In this document: one piece after another, positions 26,953 to 36,487 of the stretch
Layout: each line of letters opens with the position of its first letter
How positions within the stretch are numbered: the stretch's first letter is position 1
Source of the DNA: Candidatus Woesearchaeota archaeon
GTDB taxonomy: Archaea > Nanobdellota > Nanobdellia > Woesearchaeales > UBA10216
Length of the DNA: 64,000 nt
Direction: 5' to 3'
NCBI GenBank assembly: GCA_016180085.1
Contig: JACPBX010000003.1
Coordinates: forward strand, 74,655-138,654
The notes under the pieces: model-generated
Told to the model about the DNA's origin: nothing
Seen by the model: the letters and a program-made list of their open reading frames with translations, nothing else
The model's database searches: none
Program-made: the position numbers and the translations under genes

Positions 26953-27909
26953 CTAATCTTTCCCGCCTTTCACGCTTCTCGCTATCCTGTCAAGCCATTC
27001 AATGATTTCGTAGCCGCTGTCAATGCCTGTGAGAGGCTTATTCCCGTTTCTGATGCAGCTGATGAAGTGCTCAACCTCGTTCCTCAAGGGCTCTTTGGCT
27101 GTGACTGGAGGCAAATGTTGGGATGGAAAGAGCCTTAGCTTCTCTTTCTCTTCAACATCGTCAAAGACAGCTACGGCCTTGTCACCGACTACGGTCATGA
27201 GCCGCGTCTTTTTGGCTCCAAACCACGTTGTTATCAGCGTTGCTGAAAGGCCGCTCTCAAACCTTACAGTGGCTGCTGTGAAATCGTCAAAGCCGCTTTT
27301 TGCGTCAGATTTCGCACCAGAAACAGCTATGCTTTTCCCGCCAGCCTCCACAATTTTTCCCGGGCTGAGCAGGAATTGGATTAGGGAAAGCTGGTGGGGT
27401 GCAGCATCCCAGAAGCTGCCAATGTCTTTCCTTACAGGGAAGCACATGTGCTCGCCAACAACGTATCTGGCCTTCCCCAGGCCTCCATCGCCTATCAGCT
27501 TTTTCAGGAAGCGGACATAGTCGTTGTAGACGTACTGGTGCCCAACCATAAAAGTTGAGCTGCCCTTCCTGACAATTGCCCTGAGCTGTTTTGCTTCCGC
27601 AAGGCTTGTGGCCATGGGCTTCTCGACAAGGACGTGCTTGCCATGCTCCAGCGCCTCAGCCACAAAAGCGAGGTGGGTTGATGGGGGGGTTGCGATGACA
27701 ACGCAGTCAACATCCCTGTTCCTGAGTACAAGCGAGGCATTTGTGGTGGCAACTGCGGATTTGGGAATCGCATCCTTAATCCCGGCAAGCGACTCATTAG
27801 TCCTTGTGGCAACAGCTGAAAGAACAGCGTCAGGAATGCTTTGGAGAAGTTTGACATAGTTCCTGCCAAAATAGCCAACGCCAATCAAGCCAAAGCGCAG
27901 AGGTTTCAT
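26953..27909 (-). CDS. Gfo/Idh/MocA-family NAD(P)-dependent sugar oxidoreductase
   Basis: 318 aa; N-terminal FGLIGVGYFG Rossmann, EKP motif (VLVEKPMA), typical length. Confidence 0.85.
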   Translation of the reverse strand: MKPLRFGLIGVGYFGRNYVKLLQSIPDAVLSAVATRTNESLAGIKDAIPKSAVATTNASLVLRNRDVDCVVIATPPSTHLAFVAEALEHGKHVLVEKPMATSLAEAKQLRAIVRKGSSTFMVGHQYVYNDYVRFLKKLIGDGGLGKARYVVGEHMCFPVRKDIGSFWDAAPHQLSLIQFLLSPGKIVEAGGKSIAVSGAKSDAKSGFDDFTAATVRFESGLSATLITTWFGAKKTRLMTVVGDKAVAVFDDVEEKEKLRLFPSQHLPPVTAKEPLRNEVEHFISCIRNGNKPLTGIDSGYEIIEWLDRIARSVKGGKD

Positions 27910-27915
27910 TTTGAG

Positions 27916-30219
27916 TCAGCCGGCGTTATCCCGCAGCCAGGCGGCTGTCCTCAGCAGCCCTGCTTTGAGGCTGACCTTGGGTGAATAGCCAACCTCATTC
28001 TTAATCTTGGAAAGGTCAGGGCATCTTCTCCTTGGCTCGTCCTGCGGATAGTTTGCAGGGTAGCTTATCAGCTTTACGTGGACTTTGTTGCTGAAGACCT
28101 CTCCGGCTATTGTTTCTGCAAGGGCAAGCATGTTGATTTCCTCAGCGTCATTGCCAACATTGTAGACCTGGCCAGCCCTCCCGAGGAGCAGGACCTTGAA
28201 AAAGCCTGTGACTGCATCTGTTATGTAGCAGAATGCCCTTGTCTGGTTGCCCTTGTCATAAACAGTCAGCTCCCTGCCCTGAAGTCCCAGGCTCAGCATT
28301 GTTGGTATTACCCTGTAATCCGTGCTTTTCATGCCGGGGCCGTAAACGTTAAACGGCCTGACAATCCTTGCCGGGGTTTTGTGGACGCTGTAATGGGCCA
28401 TGCACATTGTTTCCCCCATGCGCTTTGATTCGTCATAGCAGGACCTCTCGCCGATTGAGGAAACATTGCCTTTGTACGTTTCCGGAGTTGGGATAAAGTT
28501 CGGGTCAGGGTCTCCGTAAATCTCGCTTGAGCTGAAGTACAGGAGGGCATTCACTTTTTTCTGCCCGGCCAGCTCAAGCGCGTTTTTAACCCCAAATATG
28601 GTTCCTTCTATTGTTTCTATGGGGTAGCGCTTGTAATATATGGGTGAGGCGACTCCTGCAGCACTGATTATGTAGTCTATGGGCTCCTCAATGGCAGCAG
28701 GAAATCTGACATCGTGCTTTACAAACTTTATGTGCTTGCTGTTGATTTCCTTCAGCATGTTGTTCCTGGAGTTCTGGCCTGTGATGTGGATGTCCAGGGA
28801 GATGACTTTGCACGGCTTCGCAAGAAACTTTCTGTTGAGGAGGTCAATTGTGGCAACAATGCAGCTGCCTATAAAGCCAGAGCCCCCTGTAATCAGGACA
28901 GTGCTTCCTTCGAGCATGCCAAGCATCCTGGCATCTTCCTTTATTGCCCCTGCAATTGTATCCAGGTCCTGCTCGACAATGCCATTGATAACCTGCGGCT
29001 CCGGAACAGGAATGATAAAGTTGCTGAAATCAGCGCACTTCTTCATTATCGGCTCGGCAAAGTTCCAGGCAAGTATGAGGATGTAGTCCGGCCTGTGCTT
29101 GTAAAGCTCGTCGAACGCAACAACAGGAATGTGCGTGCCCGGGGTGTGCATGCCCTGTTTCCACGGGCTGTCGTCAACAATGTAGTCAAGCACTTCGGGG
29201 CCAATCTGGAAATAATTGAGAAGCGTGTTGCCTTTTGCAGGTGCCCCATAGCCTACAATCTTCTTGCTCCTGGACTTCAGCTCTTTCAGCAGCTCTTTCA
29301 GTTTTACCTTGTTCTGCTCAATCTTCTTCGCGAACTCAGCGTACGTTGCCGCTTTTGAAAGGTGCCTGGCATCTTCCATTTCCGTGAACTTTCCCACAGA
29401 TTCCTCAATCTTGTATGGGCCGCCGGATTTCTGGGCGAACACCCTGAGAGAGCCGCCATGGGTGTCTGTTTCAGAAACATCAAACACCTCCATGCCAAGG
29501 CGGTGCAGCAATTTTGAGGCTGTCTTTGCAGTGAAATACGAGAGGTGCTCATGATAGATTAGGTCAAACAGGTTTTTTTCCAGCAGCTCGTAAAGGTAGT
29601 AGACCTCAATGATAAAAACGCCGTCGTCAGCAAGAAGCTCCTTTACGCCGCTGACAAAGCCATCAAGGTCATCAACGTGGGAGAAGACGCTCGTTGCTGT
29701 TATGGCTTTTGCCTTGCCATACTTTCTGGCAATGTCCTTGGCAATTATGGGTGTGAAAAAAACAGGCAATGTCTCGATGCCGCTTTTGGTTGCCATTGCA
29801 GCTATCTTCTCTGCCGGGTCAATGCCCAGAACCTTCATTCCCTTCTCTTTGAACGGGCGAAGCAATACCCCGTCGTTGCTGCCAACATCAACTACAAGGG
29901 AACTTGGCTTCAGCTTGAAGCGCTTAATAACCGTGTCTGCGAGGTCCCTGAAATGCTGCACAAAGACCGGGGAGGTTGAGGAAACGTAAACATAATCCCT
30001 GAAGAGGAGCTCTGGGGAAACAACGCTGGTAAGCTGGACAAAGCCGCAGTCGCTGCAGAAGGAAAGCCCAAGGGGGAAAAACTGCTCACTATCAGTCGGG
30101 CTCTTGATGAAGGCGTTGGCAGGCGGGGTGGAGCCCAAAGACAGCACATTAGCCAGCTTCCTGCCTGTGCATACCCTGCAGAATGTTTTTTCCTGTACAG
30201 ATTCAGCCATAAAAAACAC
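27916..30219 (-). CDS. Fusion protein: N-terminal TylCIII-type sugar C-methyltransferase + C-terminal UDP-glucuronate decarboxylase (UXS/ArnA-Cterm)-like extended SDR
   Basis: 767 aa; residues 1-400: CRVC...CSDCGF Zn-ribbon + DVGSNDG SAM motif + C-MT C-terminal domain; residues 410-767: LITGGSGFIGS, SSSEIYGDP, CYDESKRMGE (UXS YxxxK region). Confidence 0.75.
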   Translation of the reverse strand: MFFMAESVQEKTFCRVCTGRKLANVLSLGSTPPANAFIKSPTDSEQFFPLGLSFCSDCGFVQLTSVVSPELLFRDYVYVSSTSPVFVQHFRDLADTVIKRFKLKPSSLVVDVGSNDGVLLRPFKEKGMKVLGIDPAEKIAAMATKSGIETLPVFFTPIIAKDIARKYGKAKAITATSVFSHVDDLDGFVSGVKELLADDGVFIIEVYYLYELLEKNLFDLIYHEHLSYFTAKTASKLLHRLGMEVFDVSETDTHGGSLRVFAQKSGGPYKIEESVGKFTEMEDARHLSKAATYAEFAKKIEQNKVKLKELLKELKSRSKKIVGYGAPAKGNTLLNYFQIGPEVLDYIVDDSPWKQGMHTPGTHIPVVAFDELYKHRPDYILILAWNFAEPIMKKCADFSNFIIPVPEPQVINGIVEQDLDTIAGAIKEDARMLGMLEGSTVLITGGSGFIGSCIVATIDLLNRKFLAKPCKVISLDIHITGQNSRNNMLKEINSKHIKFVKHDVRFPAAIEEPIDYIISAAGVASPIYYKRYPIETIEGTIFGVKNALELAGQKKVNALLYFSSSEIYGDPDPNFIPTPETYKGNVSSIGERSCYDESKRMGETMCMAHYSVHKTPARIVRPFNVYGPGMKSTDYRVIPTMLSLGLQGRELTVYDKGNQTRAFCYITDAVTGFFKVLLLGRAGQVYNVGNDAEEINMLALAETIAGEVFSNKVHVKLISYPANYPQDEPRRRCPDLSKIKNEVGYSPKVSLKAGLLRTAAWLRDNAG

Positions 30220-30256
30220 CAGACCTTGCCAATTGCGTATTGCGCGTTATAGCGTG

Positions 30257-30649
30257 CTATATCAGCCTTACCCTGACAGTGTCTTCCTCATAAGCCCGCT
30301 GCGACCTTGACTCGGTGGCGAGAGCCAGAAAAACAGAGTCCTCAACGAACCTCATGGCATGCACAGTCATGGGATGGCTTAGGACCATGTCGCCGGCCTC
30401 AATCACCACTGACTCCTTCTTGCCCTTGAGATTTCCATTGCTGTCAACCGGCTGCTCGGTGTACTCCATTTTGCCTGACAGGAGGTATGCGTAATGCCAG
30501 TCCTTCTTGTGGTAGTGGTTTGCGCGGACAGAGCCTTTCCTGCAGGTTATGAGCAGCACGCTTCTTATCACGGTTTTGCCGTCATCCAGTATTTTGGAAA
30601 TTTCCCCCCTTTCGTCAGCAAACTCAGGCCTGATTCTGAACACTTCCAA
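30257..30649 (-). CDS. Cupin-fold sugar-nucleotide isomerase/epimerase (FdtA/WxcM-C-terminal-like)
   Basis: 130 aa; RANHYHKK resembles the RGxHAHK motif of 3,4-ketoisomerases; the track start is TTG (30649); GTG at 30643 is an alternative. Confidence 0.5.
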   Translation of the reverse strand: MEVFRIRPEFADERGEISKILDDGKTVIRSVLLITCRKGSVRANHYHKKDWHYAYLLSGKMEYTEQPVDSNGNLKGKKESVVIEAGDMVLSHPMTVHAMRFVEDSVFLALATESRSQRAYEEDTVRVRLI

Positions 30650-30855
30650 CGCAGCTCACCGAATCTGGCAGAAAAGCAGGGCGTATTTAAAGTTTTGCGA
30701 ATTTAAGGCTCTGTCCTGAATCTTCAGTTTTGCGTGCTGCCGTGGTGTTTAGCAACACTCCCTTTCTCCCTCCTTCGCCTAAGCGTGGAGGGAGGAAAGT
30801 GACCTTGCGTAGCAAGGCACGGTAGCTAAAACGACTTTTAGGACAGAGTCCGAAT
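30650..30855. other. Highly structured 200-nt intergenic element (candidate small ncRNA or complex terminator/leader)
   Basis: Outer inverted repeat ctctgtcc (30709-30716) / ggacagag (30841-30848); GC-rich extended hairpin ctccctcc-tt-cgc-ctaa-gcg-t-ggagggag (30766-30794); further hairpins gctgccgtg/cacggtagc, gtgtt-tagc-aacac, ccttgc-gta-gcaagg; two TTTAAA boxes at 30686-30703. Confidence 0.35.
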
Positions 30856-31572
30856 CTAATCGAAGAATCTATATTTCAGCAGGTACCAGATGCTGATTAA
30901 GCCGTCCTTCATGCCGATTTTCTTTCCTGCGCCATACCCTCGGTGGCGGAAGTGGATGGGGACTTCAACAAACACCTTTCCCTTCTTTTTCAGCTTAATC
31001 ATCATTTCAAGGTCAAAAACAAAGCGGTTGGCCTTCATGCTGACTTCTTTTAAGTCGCTGAGCCGCATGAGCTTGTAGCACGGGTAAATGTCGGTCAGGT
31101 TATGGCTGAAGAGGAAATTCCAAAGCCACTTTATGGCCATGTTGCCGACGTAGTTCATGAAAAGGACGTTCTTTCTTTTGCCGAAAAGGTGCTGCTTCCT
31201 GCCCAGGAAGCGGGAGCCTATGACGACATCGGCAAGGCCTGATTCCATCAGTGGCAGCATATACCTGAAATCAGCAGGCTCGTATTCCAAATCGGCATCG
31301 TGGAAGACAATGTAATCGCCAGTGGCATGCTTTATGCCTTCTTTCAGGGCTGCGCCCTTGCCCGTGTTTCTTTGCAGAAAAACAGCCTTGACCCCATGAA
31401 TTTTCCTTATCAGGTCAGAAGTCCCGTCACTGGAGCCATCGTCAACGACAATTATTTCCCTGCCGTAATCGCCTATGTCAACCCCTTTGGTGTGCTCGAC
31501 TGCCTCAACAATGGTGTTCCTTTCATTGTATGCGGGAATGACTATGGACAATTTTTTTTGCGATTCTGCCAT
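30856..31572 (-). CDS. GT2 glycosyltransferase (Dpm1-like)
   Basis: 238 aa; LSIVIPAYNE, VVDDGSSDGT, HDADLEY motifs. Confidence 0.8.
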   Translation of the reverse strand: MAESQKKLSIVIPAYNERNTIVEAVEHTKGVDIGDYGREIIVVDDGSSDGTSDLIRKIHGVKAVFLQRNTGKGAALKEGIKHATGDYIVFHDADLEYEPADFRYMLPLMESGLADVVIGSRFLGRKQHLFGKRKNVLFMNYVGNMAIKWLWNFLFSHNLTDIYPCYKLMRLSDLKEVSMKANRFVFDLEMMIKLKKKGKVFVEVPIHFRHRGYGAGKKIGMKDGLISIWYLLKYRFFD

Positions 31573-31779
31573 TGGAAGCCAGCCGCAGACCGAGATTTAT
31601 AAAGTTTACTTCAGCCTCAACATGTTCAAAGCATTAAGTTTATAAAAACTTCAGGCTGCACGTGCAGGAATGGGAAAAGTCAAACTGGCAGCTGCCCTGC
31701 TGTGGATGATAGCAATATTTCTGGCATACTACTGGCTGAAAACATCTGAAATAATAGCCTTTTATCTGGGGGGATAAGC

Positions 31780-33693
31780 GTGGCTCTGCTGGTTATGGCC
31801 CTAAGCCTTCTGATGCTTGCTGTCTTTCTCACGGTAGCTTTTGCCTCTGGCCGGAAGCTGCTTGCATTGTTCCGGGCCGATTTCAATTTTAGCAAGGCCG
31901 AGGAATTCTTAATCAGCGTTGCCCTGGGGGCAGGGCTCCTGATGAACGCCACAATCCTGCTCGGAGTTTTTAAGGTTCTGTACAAGGAAGCCTACATCTT
32001 AATAGCTCTGGCAGTTTTGGTGCTGTGCTTCAGGGAGGTAAGGCGCCTCTGGCAGCTGGCAATGTCTTTTGCCATTCATTTGAGGCAGGTGCTGAAGCCA
32101 ATGAAGCCAAGCGTTGCAGGGTTCCTGACATTGTCCTTCCTGTTCTTTGCGCTGATAAACTTCATACCTGCACTGACTCCTGCTTACGAGTTTGACTCGA
32201 TGGGTTACCACATGGCGTTTGCAAAGGTGTATGCCGGCAGCCACAGCCTTGTTTACCAGCCAAGCCAGTTCTACAGCACCATGCCGCAGGGCATGACCAT
32301 GCTTTATACGATATCAGAGCTTTTCTCAGCGCCAAACCTTTCCCCTCTCATAGCTTACTCGTTCGGCATCCTTGCAAGCCTTGCCATATATGCGCTTGTC
32401 AGGAAAAACCATTCGGAAACAGCGGCAACAGCAGGGGCGCTGCTGTTTTTCACAATGCCTGCCGTGATTGAAAGGCTGCCGCAAACAATGGTTGACATAA
32501 GCGTTGCATACTTCTTCCTGGCTGCAGTAATTGTCCTTTTCAAGTATGCCAGCGAAACCGATAACCGGAAGAGAATTCTGCTGGTGCTGCTGTGCGGCGC
32601 GCTGGTGGGGTTAGCAGCATCCATAAAGCTTACAGGCTTTTTTGTGGCTGCTGCCTTTGTTATTGGAATGGTGCTGTCACGACTCCTGTACGGGAAGGAA
32701 GTCGGATTAAAAGAAAAATCAATCCGAACAGCTGTTGAAATTGCCGTATTCCTTGCTGTTGTGCTGCTGCTTGCAACCCCCTGGCTTGTAAGAAGCTATG
32801 CTTACACAGGCAACCCGGTTTACCCCCTGGCTTACGGCGTCTTCGGAGGGAAGTACCTTTTGCCCTCGCTTGGCACAGCGTATGAAACATATCACAGCAA
32901 TGTCGGCCTTGATAAAAGCATTGCCAGCGTACTTCTTGTGCTTTGGAACATGACATTCAGAAGCGCGGCATTCGGCACAGTAATAGGCATCACGCCGTTT
33001 TTGATGATGCTCCTGCCTCTGGCAGCCCTGTTTTTCAAAGACATTGTGGACTTTAAGAAGTGGCTTGTGCTGTTTGCTATGGGTGCAGCCGTAATCATGA
33101 TAACCTTTTTTGTTCACCCTGTGCTTAGGTACATGTTTGCCGGGCTTGCGCTTCTGAGCGCAGCGGCCGCATTAACGATGGAACCTATGCTGAGGCACAG
33201 GCTGCTAAAGGCAGCAATAGTCCTTATGCTTGCCTTCTCGCTTGCGTTCAGCGCAGCCATATGGTATGGCATAAACGCAAAAAGCGTTTTATACATCGTT
33301 TCTGGGGAGAGCGAAAGCCAGTACTACGGGAAGCTTACCGACCACAACGCCTATGGCGCAGCAGCATGGATAGCTTCCAACACACAGCCGGATGCAGTGG
33401 TGCTCCTGTTCAACGAGCCAAGAGGATACTTCCTTGACAGGGCGTATGTGGTCAGCTCGCCCTTCCAAAACTATATAGACTATTGGAGCATGAATGGCAG
33501 CGAAGGGCTGCTGGCAAGGCTGGAGGAGCTCAGGATAAGCCACATACTAATAAACGATGCGCTGCCTGACACGTACGGCAAGGCAGCCAACGGCACTCAC
33601 GCCATTGAGCTCATGCGCAATCTCACAGAGGATGCTGGCAAGTCAGTGCAGGTTTACAATAAAAGCAATGTCAGGGTGTACGAGCTGAAATAA
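31780..33693 (+). CDS. Large polytopic membrane protein, GT-C-like candidate
   Basis: 637 aa; GTG start at 31780 preceded by GGGGGGAT (alternative ATG at 31795); more than 12 TMs; loop motif YEFDSMGYHMAFAKVYAG. Confidence 0.5.
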   Translation: MALLVMALSLLMLAVFLTVAFASGRKLLALFRADFNFSKAEEFLISVALGAGLLMNATILLGVFKVLYKEAYILIALAVLVLCFREVRRLWQLAMSFAIHLRQVLKPMKPSVAGFLTLSFLFFALINFIPALTPAYEFDSMGYHMAFAKVYAGSHSLVYQPSQFYSTMPQGMTMLYTISELFSAPNLSPLIAYSFGILASLAIYALVRKNHSETAATAGALLFFTMPAVIERLPQTMVDISVAYFFLAAVIVLFKYASETDNRKRILLVLLCGALVGLAASIKLTGFFVAAAFVIGMVLSRLLYGKEVGLKEKSIRTAVEIAVFLAVVLLLATPWLVRSYAYTGNPVYPLAYGVFGGKYLLPSLGTAYETYHSNVGLDKSIASVLLVLWNMTFRSAAFGTVIGITPFLMMLLPLAALFFKDIVDFKKWLVLFAMGAAVIMITFFVHPVLRYMFAGLALLSAAAALTMEPMLRHRLLKAAIVLMLAFSLAFSAAIWYGINAKSVLYIVSGESESQYYGKLTDHNAYGAAAWIASNTQPDAVVLLFNEPRGYFLDRAYVVSSPFQNYIDYWSMNGSEGLLARLEELRISHILINDALPDTYGKAANGTHAIELMRNLTEDAGKSVQVYNKSNVRVYELK

Positions 33694-33694
33694 A

Positions 33695-34048
33695 ATGAAC
33701 GCAATAGCCATTTTCCTCATGCTTCTGTTCACTGTGTTCTCAACAGCTGGCCAGTACTTCTACAAGCTTGGCGCAAGCTCACTGAGCCTTGAGCCTCTGG
33801 CTCTTATCACGAACTACCCTGTCATTATTGGCTTGTTTTTTTACTTTGTTGCGGCAGTGCTGCTCACGTATGCTTTGAAGAAGGCCGAGCTTTCAGTGGT
33901 TTATCCTTTTATAGGCATGGGCTATGTCTGGGTTGCTTTGCTGGCGTTCTTCTTTTTCGGCGAGCAGCTCATGCTGGTTAACTGGCTGGGCATCGGCCTT
34001 ATAGTGGCTGGCGTCAGCTTTGTCGGTTATGGTGCTGAGCATGGTTAG
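33695..34048 (+). CDS. Small multidrug-resistance-fold membrane protein, ArnE/EamA-like (4 TM) - lipid-linked sugar flippase subunit candidate
   Basis: 117 aa, 4 hydrophobic helices, paired with the following paralogous gene. Confidence 0.55.
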   Translation: MNAIAIFLMLLFTVFSTAGQYFYKLGASSLSLEPLALITNYPVIIGLFFYFVAAVLLTYALKKAELSVVYPFIGMGYVWVALLAFFFFGEQLMLVNWLGIGLIVAGVSFVGYGAEHG

Positions 34049-34412
34049 CGAGCTTATCGTTGCAGGGATTGTGGCTGGCTTTACAGTTGTTGCGGCTTTT
34101 GGCGCCCTCTTTTTCAAGAGGGGCTCTGCAAAATTTGCATTGTCGCTTAATCCCCTGAAGCTTGCAGCCGGCATCCTGGGTAACACAAACCTCCTCATTG
34201 GCGTTTTTCTTTACGCAGCGCCCACCCCCGTTTACCTCTGGGCGCTGAAGAATGCAGACCTCTCGTTGATTTACCCTGTCAACTCGCTTACCTACATCTG
34301 GGTTTCCCTGCTTTCTGTCAGGTTTCTTGGCGAGAGGATGAACAGGTTCAAGTGGCTCGGCGTTGCCTGCATAGTCCTTGGCGTAAGCATTCTGGCTTAT
34401 TCGGCTGTTTGA
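34029..34412 (+). CDS. Second SMR-fold membrane protein, ArnF-like partner subunit
   Basis: Track start is TTG at 34020; first ATG at 34029 (overlaps the previous gene by 20 nt); 4 TM. Confidence 0.5.
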   Translation: MVLSMVSELIVAGIVAGFTVVAAFGALFFKRGSAKFALSLNPLKLAAGILGNTNLLIGVFLYAAPTPVYLWALKNADLSLIYPVNSLTYIWVSLLSVRFLGERMNRFKWLGVACIVLGVSILAYSAV

Positions 34413-34419
34413 ATCAGAA

Positions 34420-35436
34420 CTACTTCAGCCTTAATTCATGCATTCTTTTTATGTTGTGGTACATTGGGTTGTTCAGCGGGTCCTTGAGCAGACCTTTCCT
34501 GAATGCATCCGTGAGGGTTTCGATGGCATCCTCAACAGTGTATCGGGCAGTGAAGCCGAGAGCCTTCAGTATCTTGTCTGAGTTTATGTGGTAGGACCTG
34601 TTGTCGTTGGTTGGCACAACTTCAAGCTCTACCTCTTTGCCGAGCGCCTTCTCAACAACCTTCTTTGCAAGCATCGCTATCTCTGTTACCTTCATGTTCT
34701 GGTAGCCCACGTTAAAGGTCTGGTGCCTCAGTTTTTCCCATGGAGCTGCAAGCAAAAGCTCGTATGCCCTTACCATGTCTTTGATGTTTATGTTGGGCCT
34801 TAGCTGGCTTCCGCCAAATATCTTTATCTTTCTGTTAACAAGGGCGTTTATCGTAAGTATGTTGACCACAAGGTCCAGCCTGAGCCTTGGCGCATACCCG
34901 CACACTGTTGCCGGCCTTATCGTTACCCACTCAATGTCTTCCCCTTCCTCTTTCAGCACCTTCTCGCAGTCTGCCTTGTATTTTGAGTAGTCGGTCAGGG
35001 GCTCCAGCATGGCTTCTTCAACCACGTTCTTCTCTGATTTCAGTCCGTAAACGCTGGAAGTGCTTGCATAAATCAGCCTTTTGGCTCTGTTAACCCTTGC
35101 TGCCTCAACTACGTTATAGAATGCGTCGAAGTTGATTGACTTTCCAAGTTCAGGATTGAGCTCGAAGCTTGGGTCGTTGGAGATGCACGCGAGGTGGATT
35201 ATTGCATCACAATCTTTTGCTGCCGCCACTATTTTTTCTTTTTCCCTTATGTCGCCTTTTATCTCGGTCAGCTTTTTGTCTTTAATGCCCTTAAACACAT
35301 CGCCGTAGATGTAGAGGTCGTAAACAACAACCTCATAGCCTTTTGCCAGGAGGCTTGGCACGAGCGCTGAGCCGACGTAGCCGGCACCGCCAGTGATGAA
35401 TACTTTTTTTATGCCAGCATGGTTAATGTTTACCAC
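34420..35436 (-). CDS. NAD-dependent epimerase/dehydratase (extended SDR)
   Basis: Track start 35535 overlaps the upstream gene by 113 nt; GTG at 35436 preceded by GGAAAGGAGAAAG (SD-like) chosen as start; KVFITGGAGYVGSAL Rossmann; YSKYK (YxxxK). Confidence 0.65.
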   Translation of the reverse strand: MVNINHAGIKKVFITGGAGYVGSALVPSLLAKGYEVVVYDLYIYGDVFKGIKDKKLTEIKGDIREKEKIVAAAKDCDAIIHLACISNDPSFELNPELGKSINFDAFYNVVEAARVNRAKRLIYASTSSVYGLKSEKNVVEEAMLEPLTDYSKYKADCEKVLKEEGEDIEWVTIRPATVCGYAPRLRLDLVVNILTINALVNRKIKIFGGSQLRPNINIKDMVRAYELLLAAPWEKLRHQTFNVGYQNMKVTEIAMLAKKVVEKALGKEVELEVVPTNDNRSYHINSDKILKALGFTARYTVEDAIETLTDAFRKGLLKDPLNNPMYHNIKRMHELRLK

Positions 35437-36487
35437 CTTTCTCCTTTCCCAGGTACTCGAACCATTTTTCGGTTGCCTGCCCGATTGATTTTTCGTCCCA
35501 AAGCGGAGCAGCTTTCCAGTAATCAATGTTGTCAATCATAATCTTCACCCCTTCTTCAAATGAAACCTCAGGCTTCCACTTGAGCAGCTTTGTTGCCTTT
35601 GCTATGTCCGCGTGGGTGCTTTCAGGCTCACCCGGCCGTTTTGGAATGTGCATAGTCTTCCCGTCTTTTCCGCCTATGAGCTTTGCCAGGTAGTTCACTG
35701 ACTGGGGTTTGCCTGTGCCTATGTTGATTATCTCCCCAACCACATCGGATTCTGCAGCAATCAGCGTGGCTTTTGCAACGTCAGTTACGAATGTGAAGTC
35801 CCTTGTCTGGGTTCCGTCTCCGACTATTGTCAGGGGCTTGCCGTGAAGCTTTTGCGCGAGGAACACTTTGAACACTGCCCCGTATGTGTCGTTTGTCCTC
35901 GCCCTTGTCCCATACACGTTAAAGTACCTCAATGATATTACGGGGAGGCCGTAGAGCCTGTGCCAGAACATCGTGCAAAGCTCTCCAACGTACTTTGTGA
36001 ACGCGTAAGGGTATTGCGGCCTTATCTCAGCAGTCTCGGGCGTAGGGTACTGGTCCGGTATGCCGTAGCATGACGACGACGCGGCATATATGAATTTTCT
36101 GGCGCCGTATTTTCTTGAAGCTTCCAGCGCCCGTATTGTGCCTGTGACGTTTGCCTCGTGGTACTTCAGGGGCTGTTCAATGGAAGGCACTATGTCTGCG
36201 AGCGCTGCCATGTGGAAGACGTAGGTTGCGTCCTTGAATGTTGAGTCGTTAAACTCCTTTGCGAGGTCTATCCTGTGGAACTCGTAGTCCGGATTGCCTT
36301 TGAACAGGTCGATGTTGTCCTGCTGGCCGTTGGACATGTCGTCTATGGCAATGACGTGGAAGCCCTTGCTGAGCAGCAGCTCCACCATGTGTGAGCCGAT
36401 AAAGCCTGCGCCTCCTGTGACAACAGCTCTCTTTTTGTCCTTCTTCATAGGATTAGGATAACTGCGGGCTTTCTTAAAATTTTCCAT
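35423..36487 (-). CDS. NAD-dependent epimerase/dehydratase (UDP-sugar 4-epimerase/dehydratase-like)
   Basis: 354 aa; AVVTGGAGFIGSHMV; YAFTKYVGE (YxxxK). Confidence 0.8.
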   Translation of the reverse strand: MENFKKARSYPNPMKKDKKRAVVTGGAGFIGSHMVELLLSKGFHVIAIDDMSNGQQDNIDLFKGNPDYEFHRIDLAKEFNDSTFKDATYVFHMAALADIVPSIEQPLKYHEANVTGTIRALEASRKYGARKFIYAASSSCYGIPDQYPTPETAEIRPQYPYAFTKYVGELCTMFWHRLYGLPVISLRYFNVYGTRARTNDTYGAVFKVFLAQKLHGKPLTIVGDGTQTRDFTFVTDVAKATLIAAESDVVGEIINIGTGKPQSVNYLAKLIGGKDGKTMHIPKRPGEPESTHADIAKATKLLKWKPEVSFEEGVKIMIDNIDYWKAAPLWDEKSIGQATEKWFEYLGKEKGGKH

